64,000 nucleotides of DNA from an uncultured delta proteobacterium (GTDB taxonomy: Bacteria > Desulfobacterota > RBG-13-43-22): assembly GCA_963843145.1 (NCBI GenBank), contig CAWJJC010000022.1, positions 320,001 to 384,000 of the forward strand. The letters run 5' to 3'. Shown one piece after another: positions 63,773 to 64,000 of the stretch (its first letter is position 1; every line of letters starts with the position of its first letter). Below the pieces are notes generated by a model, which did not search any database, was not told the DNA's origin, and saw only the letters and a program-made list of their open reading frames with translations. The position numbers were made by a program, and so were the translations under genes.

Positions 63773-64000
63773 ATGCCCAAAGAAGAAAAAAGAACCAAGA
63801 TCCGGGAGGCCGCCGCCAGACTCTTTGCCGAGAAAGGCTTTGAAAATACTACTACCCGAGATATTGCCGGGGCCGCGGGGATTAATAATGCCTCTCTGTA
63901 TTATTATTTCGATAGTAAAGAGCAATTACTCTACCAGATCCTGGAGGAAGTCATTCGCACCGGATTGGAACGAATTACCGAAATTGAACAAAGCTCCAGA
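63773..64000 (+). CDS. TetR/AcrR family transcriptional regulator (3' partial)
   Basis: Translated by hand: MPKEEKRTKIREAAARLFAEKGFENTTTRDIAGAAGINNASLYYYFDSKEQLL. Confidence 0.9.
   Translation, partial: MPKEEKRTKIREAAARLFAEKGFENTTTRDIAGAAGINNASLYYYFDSKEQLLYQILEEVIRTGLERITEIEQSSR

Overview
This is a chromosomal window from a Desulfobacterota (Deltaproteobacteria)-like anaerobe, judged by eye from the 16S sequence and gene content. Most of it is housekeeping: ileS-lspA-lgt, the tolQRAB-pal-cpoB cluster, holA, zapBA-rny-ymdB-tyrS, a complete rrn operon (16S, tRNA-Ile, tRNA-Ala, 23S, 5S), a ClpX-like ATPase, ahbC, pdxA-uvrA, rex, the Fo genes atpZIBE, an acyl-CoA ligase/TRAP-TAXI operon, serA, a class III ribonucleotide reductase cluster and dapA. 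The most unusual content is a putative surface-protein system. A sigma54-type promoter is followed by a c-di-GMP-I riboswitch with an anti-SD platform, then a 1509-aa secreted protein with five nearly identical 447-bp repeats and a glycoside-hydrolase barrel that lacks its acid/base Glu. A paralogue 50 kb away has its own sigma54 promoter and an IHF site. Two of the secreted proteins share a short [YF]LP[IV]I motif, and a GlrK-QseG-GlrR-like three-gene system lies just downstream. Other oddities are a GcvH-like protein without the lipoyl lysine next to a sirtuin, a probable ATT start codon, an EndoQ-like nuclease ending in a beta-clamp motif, and a group II intron remnant. Several single-base frameshifts look like long-read errors. 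All assignments are made by eye, without database searches.
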